Source: a virus
DNA length: 64,000 bases
Virus record (IMG/VR): IMGVR_UViG_3300008116_000011
Location: 110,438-174,437 of that record
Reading direction: 5' to 3' (one strand)
Shown here in pieces: positions 37,068 through 45,997 of this stretch; position 1 is the stretch's first letter, and every line of letters starts with the position of its first letter. The notes under the pieces are model-generated. The model was not told the origin of the DNA. It made no database searches and was given only the letters and a program-made list of their open reading frames with translations. The position numbers and the translations under genes are program-made.

Positions 37068-38741
37068 TTAAGCAATACCAAGGGCGTTTAAGCCATTAAC
37101 AAACACTTTACCATAGAATTCAGGACGTACCATTTTCTTAGCGTAACGAGTCATGATACCTTTTCTTGGTACGAAAGTTTCTGGATCGTACACAAGAGGG
37201 GTCATCAACAATGGTACATAAGGAGCATAAACAGCACCTGATTCAAGGAACTGAGCACCTTTGTAACCCATTAAGATCACGTTATTGCTGAAGTAAGGGT
37301 TAACATATACTTTGAAACGAGAGTTCAAAGAACCGATCTTTTGGCTACCGAAGTTAAACACTTTCTCAAGATCAGCACCTGCATCAGAAGCATATCCTGG
37401 GATAGACTGCATGATAGTAGCGATCTGAGGAGAGATAACTAAGAAGTTAGCTTGACCACGAAGAGTCTTTTGTAAGATCTTGTTAGATACAGATTGTAAT
37501 ACAGTACCCAATGTTGCAAACCAACCACCTTGTGTGTTATAGAAACCACCAGTTGTAGTAGAAGTTTGAACGAAAGTTGAACCATTCCACAATTTGTTGT
37601 TTTCAGCTGACCAGTAACCAATAGTAGCTGCTTCTTCAGTTAACATAGAAAGGATTTCTAAGTCGATTTCCATTGCAATGTACTGAGAAAGAAGACCTGT
37701 TAATTCCGCTTCAGCGTCGATGTTCTGATAAGCGTTAAGGTCTTGAGCTAATTCTGGTGTCCATTGAGCCTTTAATTTACGAGTCTTAGCAACAATAGCA
37801 TCAGATTTTAACTGGATATTGATTGTTGGGATGTCGATTTGAGCAGGATCAGCGGCATTCGGAATAGCGATGTTAGTATTGTCAGCTTCGAAATCACCAC
37901 GTAAAGCAGGAGTTGTTTGCTTATTGTAGTACAATTCGATTGAACCAGAAGAGGTTGAACCAGTTAATGGGAAATTAACTACGAATTGTAATGCAGTAGC
38001 ACCACTACCACTCTGATAGTTAGTGAACTGTTGTAATACTACAGGAGCAGCAACTACAGAGCTACTTGGAATCCAAGCTTGTACTGACAAGAAGTCAGGT
38101 AAAGCTAAGTTAGAAGCTAATTGAGCATCAGATACATTGATTACATATAATGAACCAGTAGAAGACTCATAACGAGAATCCCAATCAACATCAGCTAAAG
38201 AATTAACTAAAGATGCAGAATAAGTAACAGATGCAGAGAATTGGTTAATTGAATAACCATATCTACCTTGACCATAAAGACCACCTGTTGGATCTACGTT
38301 AGTGATGTCATAATCAGTTGCCTGAACATCAGCTAATGAACCATAAAGTGATTTACCTTGCTGGAAAGGAGTTTTGTTATTACCATACTGGAAATCCAAG
38401 TAGAATACGAGGCCAGAAGGCATAGACATTGGTTGAACTGAAACGAAGTCTTTAGCTACGATTTCAGCAAATACACGGCGAACGAGTGGTAATGCGATAC
38501 CAGCCCAGTTTTCACCAGTTCCACCAAGCATAGAGTTGGTACCAGCAGTAATGTTGGTAGACTCAACTACTAATTGCTTAGCTTGGTTCTCAAGGATCAC
38601 AGCCATATTGTTTTTTTCAATTTCGCTGCCAATGCCCTCAAGAAGACCGCTCTTACTCCATTTGGTAGCAACCTTAGCAGCTTCTGCTTGTTGGCTCTTC
38701 CATGGATTAGCGCTTTCTAAAAGCATGTTTAAATTTTCCAT
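37068..38741 (-). CDS. Major capsid protein (T4 gp23-like)
   Basis: LENQ, LPLVRR, VQPM..PSGL.F, KTRKLKA.WT.E.AQDL, EIDLEI, YAPYVPL, P.KG.MTRY. Confidence 0.97.
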   Translation of the reverse strand: MENLNMLLESANPWKSQQAEAAKVATKWSKSGLLEGIGSEIEKNNMAVILENQAKQLVVESTNITAGTNSMLGGTGENWAGIALPLVRRVFAEIVAKDFVSVQPMSMPSGLVFYLDFQYGNNKTPFQQGKSLYGSLADVQATDYDITNVDPTGGLYGQGRYGYSINQFSASVTYSASLVNSLADVDWDSRYESSTGSLYVINVSDAQLASNLALPDFLSVQAWIPSSSVVAAPVVLQQFTNYQSGSGATALQFVVNFPLTGSTSSGSIELYYNKQTTPALRGDFEADNTNIAIPNAADPAQIDIPTINIQLKSDAIVAKTRKLKAQWTPELAQDLNAYQNIDAEAELTGLLSQYIAMEIDLEILSMLTEEAATIGYWSAENNKLWNGSTFVQTSTTTGGFYNTQGGWFATLGTVLQSVSNKILQKTLRGQANFLVISPQIATIMQSIPGYASDAGADLEKVFNFGSQKIGSLNSRFKVYVNPYFSNNVILMGYKGAQFLESGAVYAPYVPLLMTPLVYDPETFVPRKGIMTRYAKKMVRPEFYGKVFVNGLNALGIA

Positions 38742-38763
38742 TCTAAGAAATTTTGTTTTTAAA

Positions 38764-39888
38764 TTATTTAATGTTTGCTAACTTTTTCATCCTAGCAATG
38801 AAGTCGTTACTTTCAACAATTGCTTGTTTTTGTGGAGCAACGCCTGCTGCTTTAGATGCAAATCCTAAAGATTCTTTGATATGAGCTTTTCCAGATTTAG
38901 TAGCAAATGTTTCGTTTAATGATTCATAAACAAGTTTTGCTTCTTTAGCTGATTCAGCTTTATCAAATGCTTGTACAACCTTAATTTTTTGTGATTCAGT
39001 TAAGTTTTTAGACTTAAAGATTTTGTTAACATAAAGTAACTTAGCGTTTAACAAGTTAACTTCTTGAAGTTCTTGACGAAGAGTATTTACAGTTTCAAGA
39101 GCTAAATTTAGATCTTCCTGCATTTTTTTCTTCTTCTTGTAATCTTCAACTCCTTCTTCTTCAGCAGTGTCTTTTTTATCACCACGTTTAGAAGCAGGAA
39201 CGTCACCTTTGTTACCACCGTACTTTTTGTGTTTTTTACCTTCAGTAAGCTCGGTTTCTTCATCTAACAATTCAGCTAGAATTTCATCGAGGTTTACTTC
39301 TTCAATGTCTACAACTTCATCATCGGCTGTGTCAGGTAACTCATCAGACATTTTCATATCCGCAGATACGTCTATGTTTGCGTTACCATCACCACCCATT
39401 TCTTGAGAAACTATGTCGCGGATCATAGCTTCTAATTCATCTATGGAAAGTTCAGATACTTCTTTTTCTTCCTCTTCTGATTCTTCTTCGTCGTCTTCTA
39501 CATCTTCAACGTCTTCTTCGGCTTCGATTTCTTCTTCATCTTCAGCCTTTTTAGCTTCGTTTAATTCTGCATCAAGTTCGGCGAGAATTTCATCAAGGTC
39601 GATTTCGGCGATTGAATTATCGTCGTCATCATAATTCATACCTGACATTCCTTCCATTTTTTCTTTAGCCATTTCAGCTTCGATGTCATCAGTCATCTTG
39701 TCATCTAATTCATCGATCATGTCATCTTCTGTCAAGTCGTCCATCTTTTCTTGCAATCTTGCATTGAACATAGATGTTAAACGTGGCATAAAAGCTTCTT
39801 CAAGAGCGAGTTTAGCTTGAGCAAGAGCAGTTTCGCGAACAGCTTTAGCGTCAGCAATGGCCTCCTTTAAAAGGTCTTTTGTGTTCAT
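38764..39888 (-). CDS. Prohead scaffold/core protein (gp22-like)
   Basis: Very acidic coiled coil directly upstream of the capsid gene; many LxE sites; C-terminal RMKKLANIK. Confidence 0.85.
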   Translation of the reverse strand: MNTKDLLKEAIADAKAVRETALAQAKLALEEAFMPRLTSMFNARLQEKMDDLTEDDMIDELDDKMTDDIEAEMAKEKMEGMSGMNYDDDDNSIAEIDLDEILAELDAELNEAKKAEDEEEIEAEEDVEDVEDDEEESEEEEKEVSELSIDELEAMIRDIVSQEMGGDGNANIDVSADMKMSDELPDTADDEVVDIEEVNLDEILAELLDEETELTEGKKHKKYGGNKGDVPASKRGDKKDTAEEEGVEDYKKKKKMQEDLNLALETVNTLRQELQEVNLLNAKLLYVNKIFKSKNLTESQKIKVVQAFDKAESAKEAKLVYESLNETFATKSGKAHIKESLGFASKAAGVAPQKQAIVESNDFIARMKKLANIK

Positions 39889-40043
39889 TTTTCCTTAAAT
39901 TTAGTTTGCGGAAATAAGCTTAATGTAAAAAGCTTAATAGGTTGTTATTGATATTGACAGAGCTATAAAGAGTAGAGTAGGATAGCTCATTAGTCGTAAA
40001 TAAATATATGTGGAAATACAAAAACCGCGTTTCGATGCGATTT

Positions 40044-40454
40044 TTATTCAAAAGCTCTTTGGTAAGATTTAGCTGCTTCTTTTAAAGAGCTAGCGGCCCA
40101 TTTAAGTTGATATGCTGTTTCACTTAGATTATCTAATTTATTACTAATTTTTTCTAATTCACGTACATTATCAGGAATATCAAATATATCATATGGTTCA
40201 TATATATCAAAATATTCTTCAAATAATTTTTTTAAAACGTTTTCTGTATTTTCTAGATTTTGTTTAAGAGTTTCTAGTTGAGATGGATTGTTGATAACAT
40301 CACTTATACTTAAACTAGATAATTGATCCGCATAAGATTGAACTTTATCTGAAAAGAAATTTTCTTCTTTTTGAGCTTTAGCTACTAAATCATCTATGCT
40401 TTTTCTAGGAGGTGTTACTCTAGCTTCTTTTAGTATGTCATGAAGTTTAATCAT
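40044..40454 (-). CDS. Hypothetical protein with MIKLHDILKE-ARVTP leader
   Basis: ORF track; leader shared with 55391..57010. Confidence 0.65.
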   Translation of the reverse strand: MIKLHDILKEARVTPPRKSIDDLVAKAQKEENFFSDKVQSYADQLSSLSISDVINNPSQLETLKQNLENTENVLKKLFEEYFDIYEPYDIFDIPDNVRELEKISNKLDNLSETAYQLKWAASSLKEAAKSYQRAFE

Positions 40455-40579
40455 CTTCCTTGTCCTCTATAGTTTTTTTCTGAACGATCGTGTTTATTAA
40501 ATGACTTTTGTGATTTGCCTTTTTTGCGTTTGCCAAAAGTAATTTTAGTTGAACCGCTTGAACCTTTTGCTTTTGCCAT
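40451..40579 (-). CDS. 42-aa basic microprotein ending YRGQGR
   Basis: Manual translation MAKAKGSSGSTKITFGKRKKGKSQKSFNKHDRSEKNYRGQGR*. Fills the gap exactly, with an ATGA overlap with the next gene. Confidence 0.75.
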   Translation of the reverse strand: MAKAKGSSGSTKITFGKRKKGKSQKSFNKHDRSEKNYRGQGR

Positions 40580-40587
40580 GACTTTTA

Positions 40588-40959
40588 TTATTGTAAGTTA
40601 ACTAATTTATATTTGGTTGAATATAATAAATTTACTACGTTATCTATTTCGTTTTGAATAAAACTATCTGCTAAATTTGGTGCTTGTCTTAAAGCACATA
40701 CAATTTGAATTAACTTATCAAAATAAGCTACAATATTTGCACCGTCACAATTATTATCTAAGTTAACTACCGGTTTAAATTTAATTAAACCATATTTTCC
40801 TTGATATGATTCTACTAAACCATCAATTAAATCAACTATATCTTCATAATATTTTTGAAGTGCTTTGTGAGCAGCATAAGCACCAGGACCACTTACACCT
40901 AAATGAAATACGTGTGCTTGAGTTCTAGAGTGCATTAATATCGATGCTAATTCTTCCAT
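40588..40959 (-). CDS. Ferritin/Dps-like four-helix protein (DUF5856-like)
   Basis: HVFHL...AAHKAL..YY......D.LVE.YQG pattern. Confidence 0.65.
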   Translation of the reverse strand: MEELASILMHSRTQAHVFHLGVSGPGAYAAHKALQKYYEDIVDLIDGLVESYQGKYGLIKFKPVVNLDNNCDGANIVAYFDKLIQIVCALRQAPNLADSFIQNEIDNVVNLLYSTKYKLVNLQ

Positions 40960-40965
40960 GTTGTT

Positions 40966-41292
40966 TTATTTTGTCTCTTTTAATCCATAAGGTATACCTA
41001 ATACTCCATGAACTGCTCTTCTAAATGCTTTTTGAGTTTCCATTTGAATTGCTTTCATTACAAGTTCTTGTAAAGCAGGATTATTAATTAATAAAGGTAT
41101 TTTTCCATTTGAAGGATCATGATAAAATGCACTTAGTTTTATTCTCATCATTCCATGATCATTAATGTAAAGTTTAACAGATGGAACATCGTCCATTAAT
41201 TCTCGATCTGGAAGGTAATTGTGTTCTTCTTCATCAACAATTCCTGCTAATTCTTGCATTCTTTTAGATTCTGTAATGAATTGTTTTGACAT
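40966..41292 (-). CDS. Hypothetical protein with leader MSKQFITESKRMQELAGI
   Basis: Shared leader family. Confidence 0.65.
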   Translation of the reverse strand: MSKQFITESKRMQELAGIVDEEEHNYLPDRELMDDVPSVKLYINDHGMMRIKLSAFYHDPSNGKIPLLINNPALQELVMKAIQMETQKAFRRAVHGVLGIPYGLKETK

Positions 41293-41297
41293 TTTAA

Positions 41298-41747
41298 TTA
41301 TTTGTATGGGTTTTCCTTTGCTTTATTCCAATAAATTAAACTATCTTCACCAATAGAAAATTCATTAGAATGATTTTTTATATAATCTTCAGCATATCTC
41401 TTTAAAACATCAGCAGCTTCTGCTCCTGTCATGTCGCTAGAACCGAATGCAAATTTTTTAGTTCTATCATTTATTGAACTTCCTAAATCTAATTTTTTTT
41501 CATCACTCATTTTATTAAGAACGGGTCTGATGTTTTTTTCATAGAATGCTATTTGAGCTTTTCTATCAGCTTGTTGTTTTTGATCTAGTTGATGCACTTT
41601 AACTCCACCTAATATAGTAGCAGCTGTTAGTCCTAATCCAATAAGCCAATCTTTAAAACCTTCGTCTATTGTTTCTTCTTGATTTTCAGCAATAATGCCT
41701 GCTAGTTTTTGCATTCTTTTTGCTTCGGTAATAAATTGCTTTGACAT
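41298..41747 (-). CDS. Hypothetical protein with leader MSKQFITEAKRMQKLAGI and one hydrophobic segment
   Basis: Shared leader; WLIGLGLTAATILGGV follows IDE. Confidence 0.65.
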   Translation of the reverse strand: MSKQFITEAKRMQKLAGIIAENQEETIDEGFKDWLIGLGLTAATILGGVKVHQLDQKQQADRKAQIAFYEKNIRPVLNKMSDEKKLDLGSSINDRTKKFAFGSSDMTGAEAADVLKRYAEDYIKNHSNEFSIGEDSLIYWNKAKENPYK

Positions 41748-41759
41748 TCTAGTTTAATT

Positions 41760-42401
41760 TTAATATCCAGGTAATTCACAAGTACAGAAACCAGCGCGAT
41801 TGCAAAGGATTTCTGTTACTAGTTCGTTAATTTTATCTAATTTCTTTTGTTCTTGTTTATTATATTGATTATATTGTTTAGATTCACTAACAATTTCCAT
41901 AAACGCACCTTGTGTTGATGGAGTTGATACGAAATCCCAACATAATAATTCAAAATCGGGTTGTACTTCAACAGTCTCACCGATTTGTTTTACAGAACCC
42001 ATACCACGAGATGAAATACCAATAGTAATACCTGCAATTAACAATGCTTTTAAAATATTACCTGATGGTGTTGGTAGTACTTCAATTTTTCCCATTACAT
42101 CATCTTTATCCCACCATAAATCTTTAATGTTATGACATACATTTTTTAAGTTGATGATTGGAGATTCTGGGTGGTCTAATTCACCTAGTGCTCTATTTTC
42201 TTTAATGTATGTGTCTTTATATTTTTGTACTTCTCTTTCAAGAGTATCTTTAGGATATACACGACCATTACCATTTTTTGCTTCAGCACGTTGTACCAAA
42301 CCTTGAACAATAAGACGTCCACCGTTGTTTTTAATAGATTCCTCCAACATTGATGGAGTAATATTAAAAGTAGTAATACGCTCTATTAATAGTTCTTTCA
42401 T
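41760..42401 (-). CDS. Prohead maturation protease (gp21-like)
   Basis: NGNGRVYP, GELDHP, GISSRG.GS, DFVSTPS. Confidence 0.95.
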   Translation of the reverse strand: MKELLIERITTFNITPSMLEESIKNNGGRLIVQGLVQRAEAKNGNGRVYPKDTLEREVQKYKDTYIKENRALGELDHPESPIINLKNVCHNIKDLWWDKDDVMGKIEVLPTPSGNILKALLIAGITIGISSRGMGSVKQIGETVEVQPDFELLCWDFVSTPSTQGAFMEIVSESKQYNQYNKQEQKKLDKINELVTEILCNRAGFCTCELPGY

Positions 42402-44032
42402 TAGTTAAGATTATATCCTTTTTCTCTCAATTTATAAATAACTTCACTCCAAACAGCATCATTATATCTTTTTCCTACACTATCTTCAAACATAGAAAAT
42501 ACATTATCTAAATCAGATAATCTAGGATTTTCAATATCATTTGTATTGATGTGGTCCATAAAATTATCTATTATCATAGAAACAGCATCTCTTCCAGATG
42601 GAGGTGCATCAAGATCTCCTTCGTAATCATCATAATCGTCAGAATTTCTTCTAACTATTAATGCACTTCTCATTTCTCTTTCAGCTTCAGGATCACCCGC
42701 AGCTTCCATTCCAGCAGGACCCATTTCATCTAATAGTTCGTTAACCATTTTTTTAATGGTTTCTTTTAATCCAGGTTTATAACTATTGCTAGACTTTCCA
42801 AGATCACTAGCGCCAGGTGAGATAGTATTAGGAAGTGCACGTCGAGCAGCATCTACAGGATTTGTAGACTGTGATGGTTTTTTCTTTTCAACTGCATCAG
42901 ATGTAAAATTAGAACCTTTATCATCAGGATCAGCATCTAATGCTTTCCTTACAGCTGATATTATTTGTTGTTTTGAAACTCCATCAAGTCCTGTATAGTT
43001 AAATATAAGTTCAAGTAGTCCATCTAATTCACCAGCCATATTTATAAGCTTAAGAGCTTGAAGTAGAGATGGTGCTTGTTGTAATCTTCTTAAAAAGGTT
43101 TGTTCATCAGGAGTGTTACTTAAAGTATTTTCTTTAATGTTTGATTCATTAAAAGCATTAGTGTCTCTTATTTTTTCAGGAGTCATTCTTGATAAAGCAG
43201 TAATGACACTATCTACATATCTACTATCAACTTGAGCTGATCTCATTGCTTTGTTTAGATATCCAACAATGTCATCTTTATATTCCTTCCATGAGCCTTG
43301 TATTCTATCTGTTACACTTATTTTTTTAACAGGATTATTTTTGTTATCTTTATAAAAAGTAATAGCAATATATTCATCCCTATTTCCTGGGCGCTCAAAG
43401 GCCATATCAAATCCAAAAGTACCATCTTGATTATTGTACCATCTTATATCAGTTAATTTAAGAGGAGACTCTTTATTTCCTGAAAAAGAGGTAGGTTGGA
43501 TAGATAATGGGTGGTTAGATAAATAGTCTTTTTGAATATTTTTTAAAGAATTAAATTCACTACTTTGAATTTCTTTATCACTAACTGAGGTTAGTTCAGT
43601 TAAACTTTTTTTAGATTCCTTAACGATACGAATTTTCTTCATTTCGTTTTTCTTATCCTTATCTTTAGCAGATTCTAAACCATCAGGTCTATTTTTGCTT
43701 TTGATTGGCTTGCTAACTTCTTCCTTAGGAATATCTGTTACAGTAGTAGCAGGATAAATACCATCTTGCTCGTCAACTTCCGGCTCTTGTACTACTTTTT
43801 TGTACTTAGCTGGTTGGGTTGGGTAGTCATATGATGGAGCTTTGTCAGGAGTGCCTTTAACAGCGTTACCTTCGTTTAATAATCCTTTAGATTTAAGGAT
43901 CTTAACTGAGTCATCAAATGAGTTATGGTTAGTTACAAAGTTAGGAAATAACATTCTTGCATTACGCAAAAATTGATGTTGGGTCATTCTTCCCTCTTTT
44001 AACTCTTGGTATTGTACGCTAATACTTTTCAT
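42401..44032 (-). CDS. Putative prohead core/internal protein
   Basis: Lies between portal and protease; repeated LNE/LTE/IKE sites. Confidence 0.55.
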   Translation of the reverse strand: MKSISVQYQELKEGRMTQHQFLRNARMLFPNFVTNHNSFDDSVKILKSKGLLNEGNAVKGTPDKAPSYDYPTQPAKYKKVVQEPEVDEQDGIYPATTVTDIPKEEVSKPIKSKNRPDGLESAKDKDKKNEMKKIRIVKESKKSLTELTSVSDKEIQSSEFNSLKNIQKDYLSNHPLSIQPTSFSGNKESPLKLTDIRWYNNQDGTFGFDMAFERPGNRDEYIAITFYKDNKNNPVKKISVTDRIQGSWKEYKDDIVGYLNKAMRSAQVDSRYVDSVITALSRMTPEKIRDTNAFNESNIKENTLSNTPDEQTFLRRLQQAPSLLQALKLINMAGELDGLLELIFNYTGLDGVSKQQIISAVRKALDADPDDKGSNFTSDAVEKKKPSQSTNPVDAARRALPNTISPGASDLGKSSNSYKPGLKETIKKMVNELLDEMGPAGMEAAGDPEAEREMRSALIVRRNSDDYDDYEGDLDAPPSGRDAVSMIIDNFMDHINTNDIENPRLSDLDNVFSMFEDSVGKRYNDAVWSEVIYKLREKGYNLN

Positions 44033-44535
44033 TATTCTTCGGTTTTTTCTTCTTTTCCTGTAAGTTTTTCTAAAATATCTGCTAAATTTTCTTTGATATC
44101 ATCAGTAGCAAACACGATAGCATATGATTTTGGATTCTTTTTGTAATATACTTCGGTTTGTTTTTTAGCTTTTGGTAAAGCAGATTTAATGCTACCAACT
44201 AAGTCCATAAGCTCATCAAAAGCTTTAACCCTATCTTCATGAAGTTTTTCTCTTTCTTCAAGTTTCTTTGGATCTTCTTCTTTTTCCTCAGCTAAAGACG
44301 CTAAAATATCTTCAAGTTGTAATGATTCTTGTTCAGTTTTTAGCATTTTGTTGTAAGCTTCTTTCATGCTACGATAACCTTTCATTAATTCACTAATGTC
44401 AGTTTTGTGAGCATTAGCTACACTATCGTCAGATTTTTTAGCTTCCGCAACGCGATACTTAATTTCTTCACCTAAGTCGTCAAGTTTTTTCTTGAGTTCT
44501 TCTTTGCTTAAGATTTTTTTGCTATCGTCTTTCAT
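44032..44535 (-). CDS. Hypothetical charged helical protein, head module
   Basis: ORF track. Confidence 0.55.
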   Translation of the reverse strand: MKDDSKKILSKEELKKKLDDLGEEIKYRVAEAKKSDDSVANAHKTDISELMKGYRSMKEAYNKMLKTEQESLQLEDILASLAEEKEEDPKKLEEREKLHEDRVKAFDELMDLVGSIKSALPKAKKQTEVYYKKNPKSYAIVFATDDIKENLADILEKLTGKEEKTEE

Positions 44536-44542
44536 ATATTAA

Positions 44543-45115
44543 TTATTGTGATAAATTTCTAATTTTATTTGATAAATCATTTAACCTTTCAGACAGAGCA
44601 CTTAATTGTTCTGTTTTAGAAGTCCAAAATGATTCTTTTTTTATAGTATTTTCAGTCTTTAATCTATGAGAATATTCAATTACTTGCTCAATCTCTCTAA
44701 TACGCTTTCTAACTTCATTTAATGCACGAGTAATTTTACGCTCAGAAGAAACTTTAGATACATTTTCACTAAAACGACGATATGAAATCTCGTTTAATTG
44801 TTCTTGATTTTCTTTATACAACTTAATCTTTTTAGGTTCTGGTTTTGCAGGAAATTGTTTGTAATCAAACATTCTTGAATCAGATGGCATCCCCTCAGGT
44901 ACTTTTTTAAATCCATCTTTAGTATATGAACTAATATTAGCTTTACCTGCAGCTAAAGTAGGAGTTTTTTCTTCTAGTTTCTTTGGTTTTTTAAGAAAAT
45001 ACTTACTATTATATTCTCCACCAGCACTAGCAGTAGTAGACGTAGCTCCATCCATTTCTTCTAACATTTCATGGATAAGTTCGTCAATATATTTTTTTAC
45101 TTTATCAGGAATCAT
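44543..45115 (-). CDS. Putative prohead core protein
   Basis: Head module position; LEE/LNE sites. Confidence 0.55.
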   Translation of the reverse strand: MIPDKVKKYIDELIHEMLEEMDGATSTTASAGGEYNSKYFLKKPKKLEEKTPTLAAGKANISSYTKDGFKKVPEGMPSDSRMFDYKQFPAKPEPKKIKLYKENQEQLNEISYRRFSENVSKVSSERKITRALNEVRKRIREIEQVIEYSHRLKTENTIKKESFWTSKTEQLSALSERLNDLSNKIRNLSQ

Positions 45116-45963
45116 AATGTTTTGATTTCATGGATTAACTCATGGAATTGGAGAAGATTAAGAATATCTTCGTCTTTAACAGATTCATTTTTATCAAGTG
45201 GTTTGATAATTGATGATAATTCTTTAAGCTTAATCTGTGTTCTTTGATCAGTTACTTTAGTTTGTAACTCCATCAAAGATTTTTTTATATTTTCAAAACT
45301 ATTATTAATGTATTCGCGCAAAGAAACAGTATTAGAAATCTTATTAATATAAGTTTTTAATACCTCACGCTGTTCAGGTAACAAGTTTGCATATTTTTCA
45401 TTAAACTTGTCAATCATTATTTTAGAAATCAATTCACGAGTTGCCTTATCTTGAGAAGCATATTCAAGCATTACTTGATCTTCAACTTTATTTTTATTTA
45501 CATCTTGTTGTGTTAAAAATTCAAGTAAAGTTACTTTATTTTCAACAATAAATGATGGTTCTATAAATTCTAATGAAGTATGAGCTTCAATTAAGTTATA
45601 AACAGCAGCGTATGCTTTGTAATTATGGATTTTTGCTTTAAAGAACTCCTCTAAATCATAATGTTCTTTAATTTCCTTAATTAAGTTATATTTTTCCTTA
45701 CGTAATGCCGTACGATTCAAACGTTCTGATAGTTTAATCGTAGAAGACATAATAGTCTCTGCTTTAACTTCACTGAGTGATACTGCTTTTGTTAGTGTTT
45801 GATATAGCTTATATTCTTTAGCTAATTCTCCGCGTGAAAAGTATTTTTTTACGATGTCTACAGCAGCAGATTCCTTATTAGACATAATGTCTGCTGTGAT
45901 CTGCCTGGTAAGGAGCTCAAATAAAATACCAGTATTTTTAAATTTGTTATGTTTTAGTTTCAC
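45112..45963 (-). CDS. Conserved-looking head-module protein (GTG start)
   Basis: KHNKFKNTG.LFELL.RQ N-terminus; directly downstream of the portal. Confidence 0.6.
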   Translation of the reverse strand: MKLKHNKFKNTGILFELLTRQITADIMSNKESAAVDIVKKYFSRGELAKEYKLYQTLTKAVSLSEVKAETIMSSTIKLSERLNRTALRKEKYNLIKEIKEHYDLEEFFKAKIHNYKAYAAVYNLIEAHTSLEFIEPSFIVENKVTLLEFLTQQDVNKNKVEDQVMLEYASQDKATRELISKIMIDKFNEKYANLLPEQREVLKTYINKISNTVSLREYINNSFENIKKSLMELQTKVTDQRTQIKLKELSSIIKPLDKNESVKDEDILNLLQFHELIHEIKTL

Positions 45964-45997
45964 ACTGTAAGTTTACTAATTATAAATATGTATTTTA

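Noticed and set aside
40020-40041. Possible terminator CGC..GCG followed by a U tract
   Set aside because: The stem is only 3-4 bp, too weak to call.
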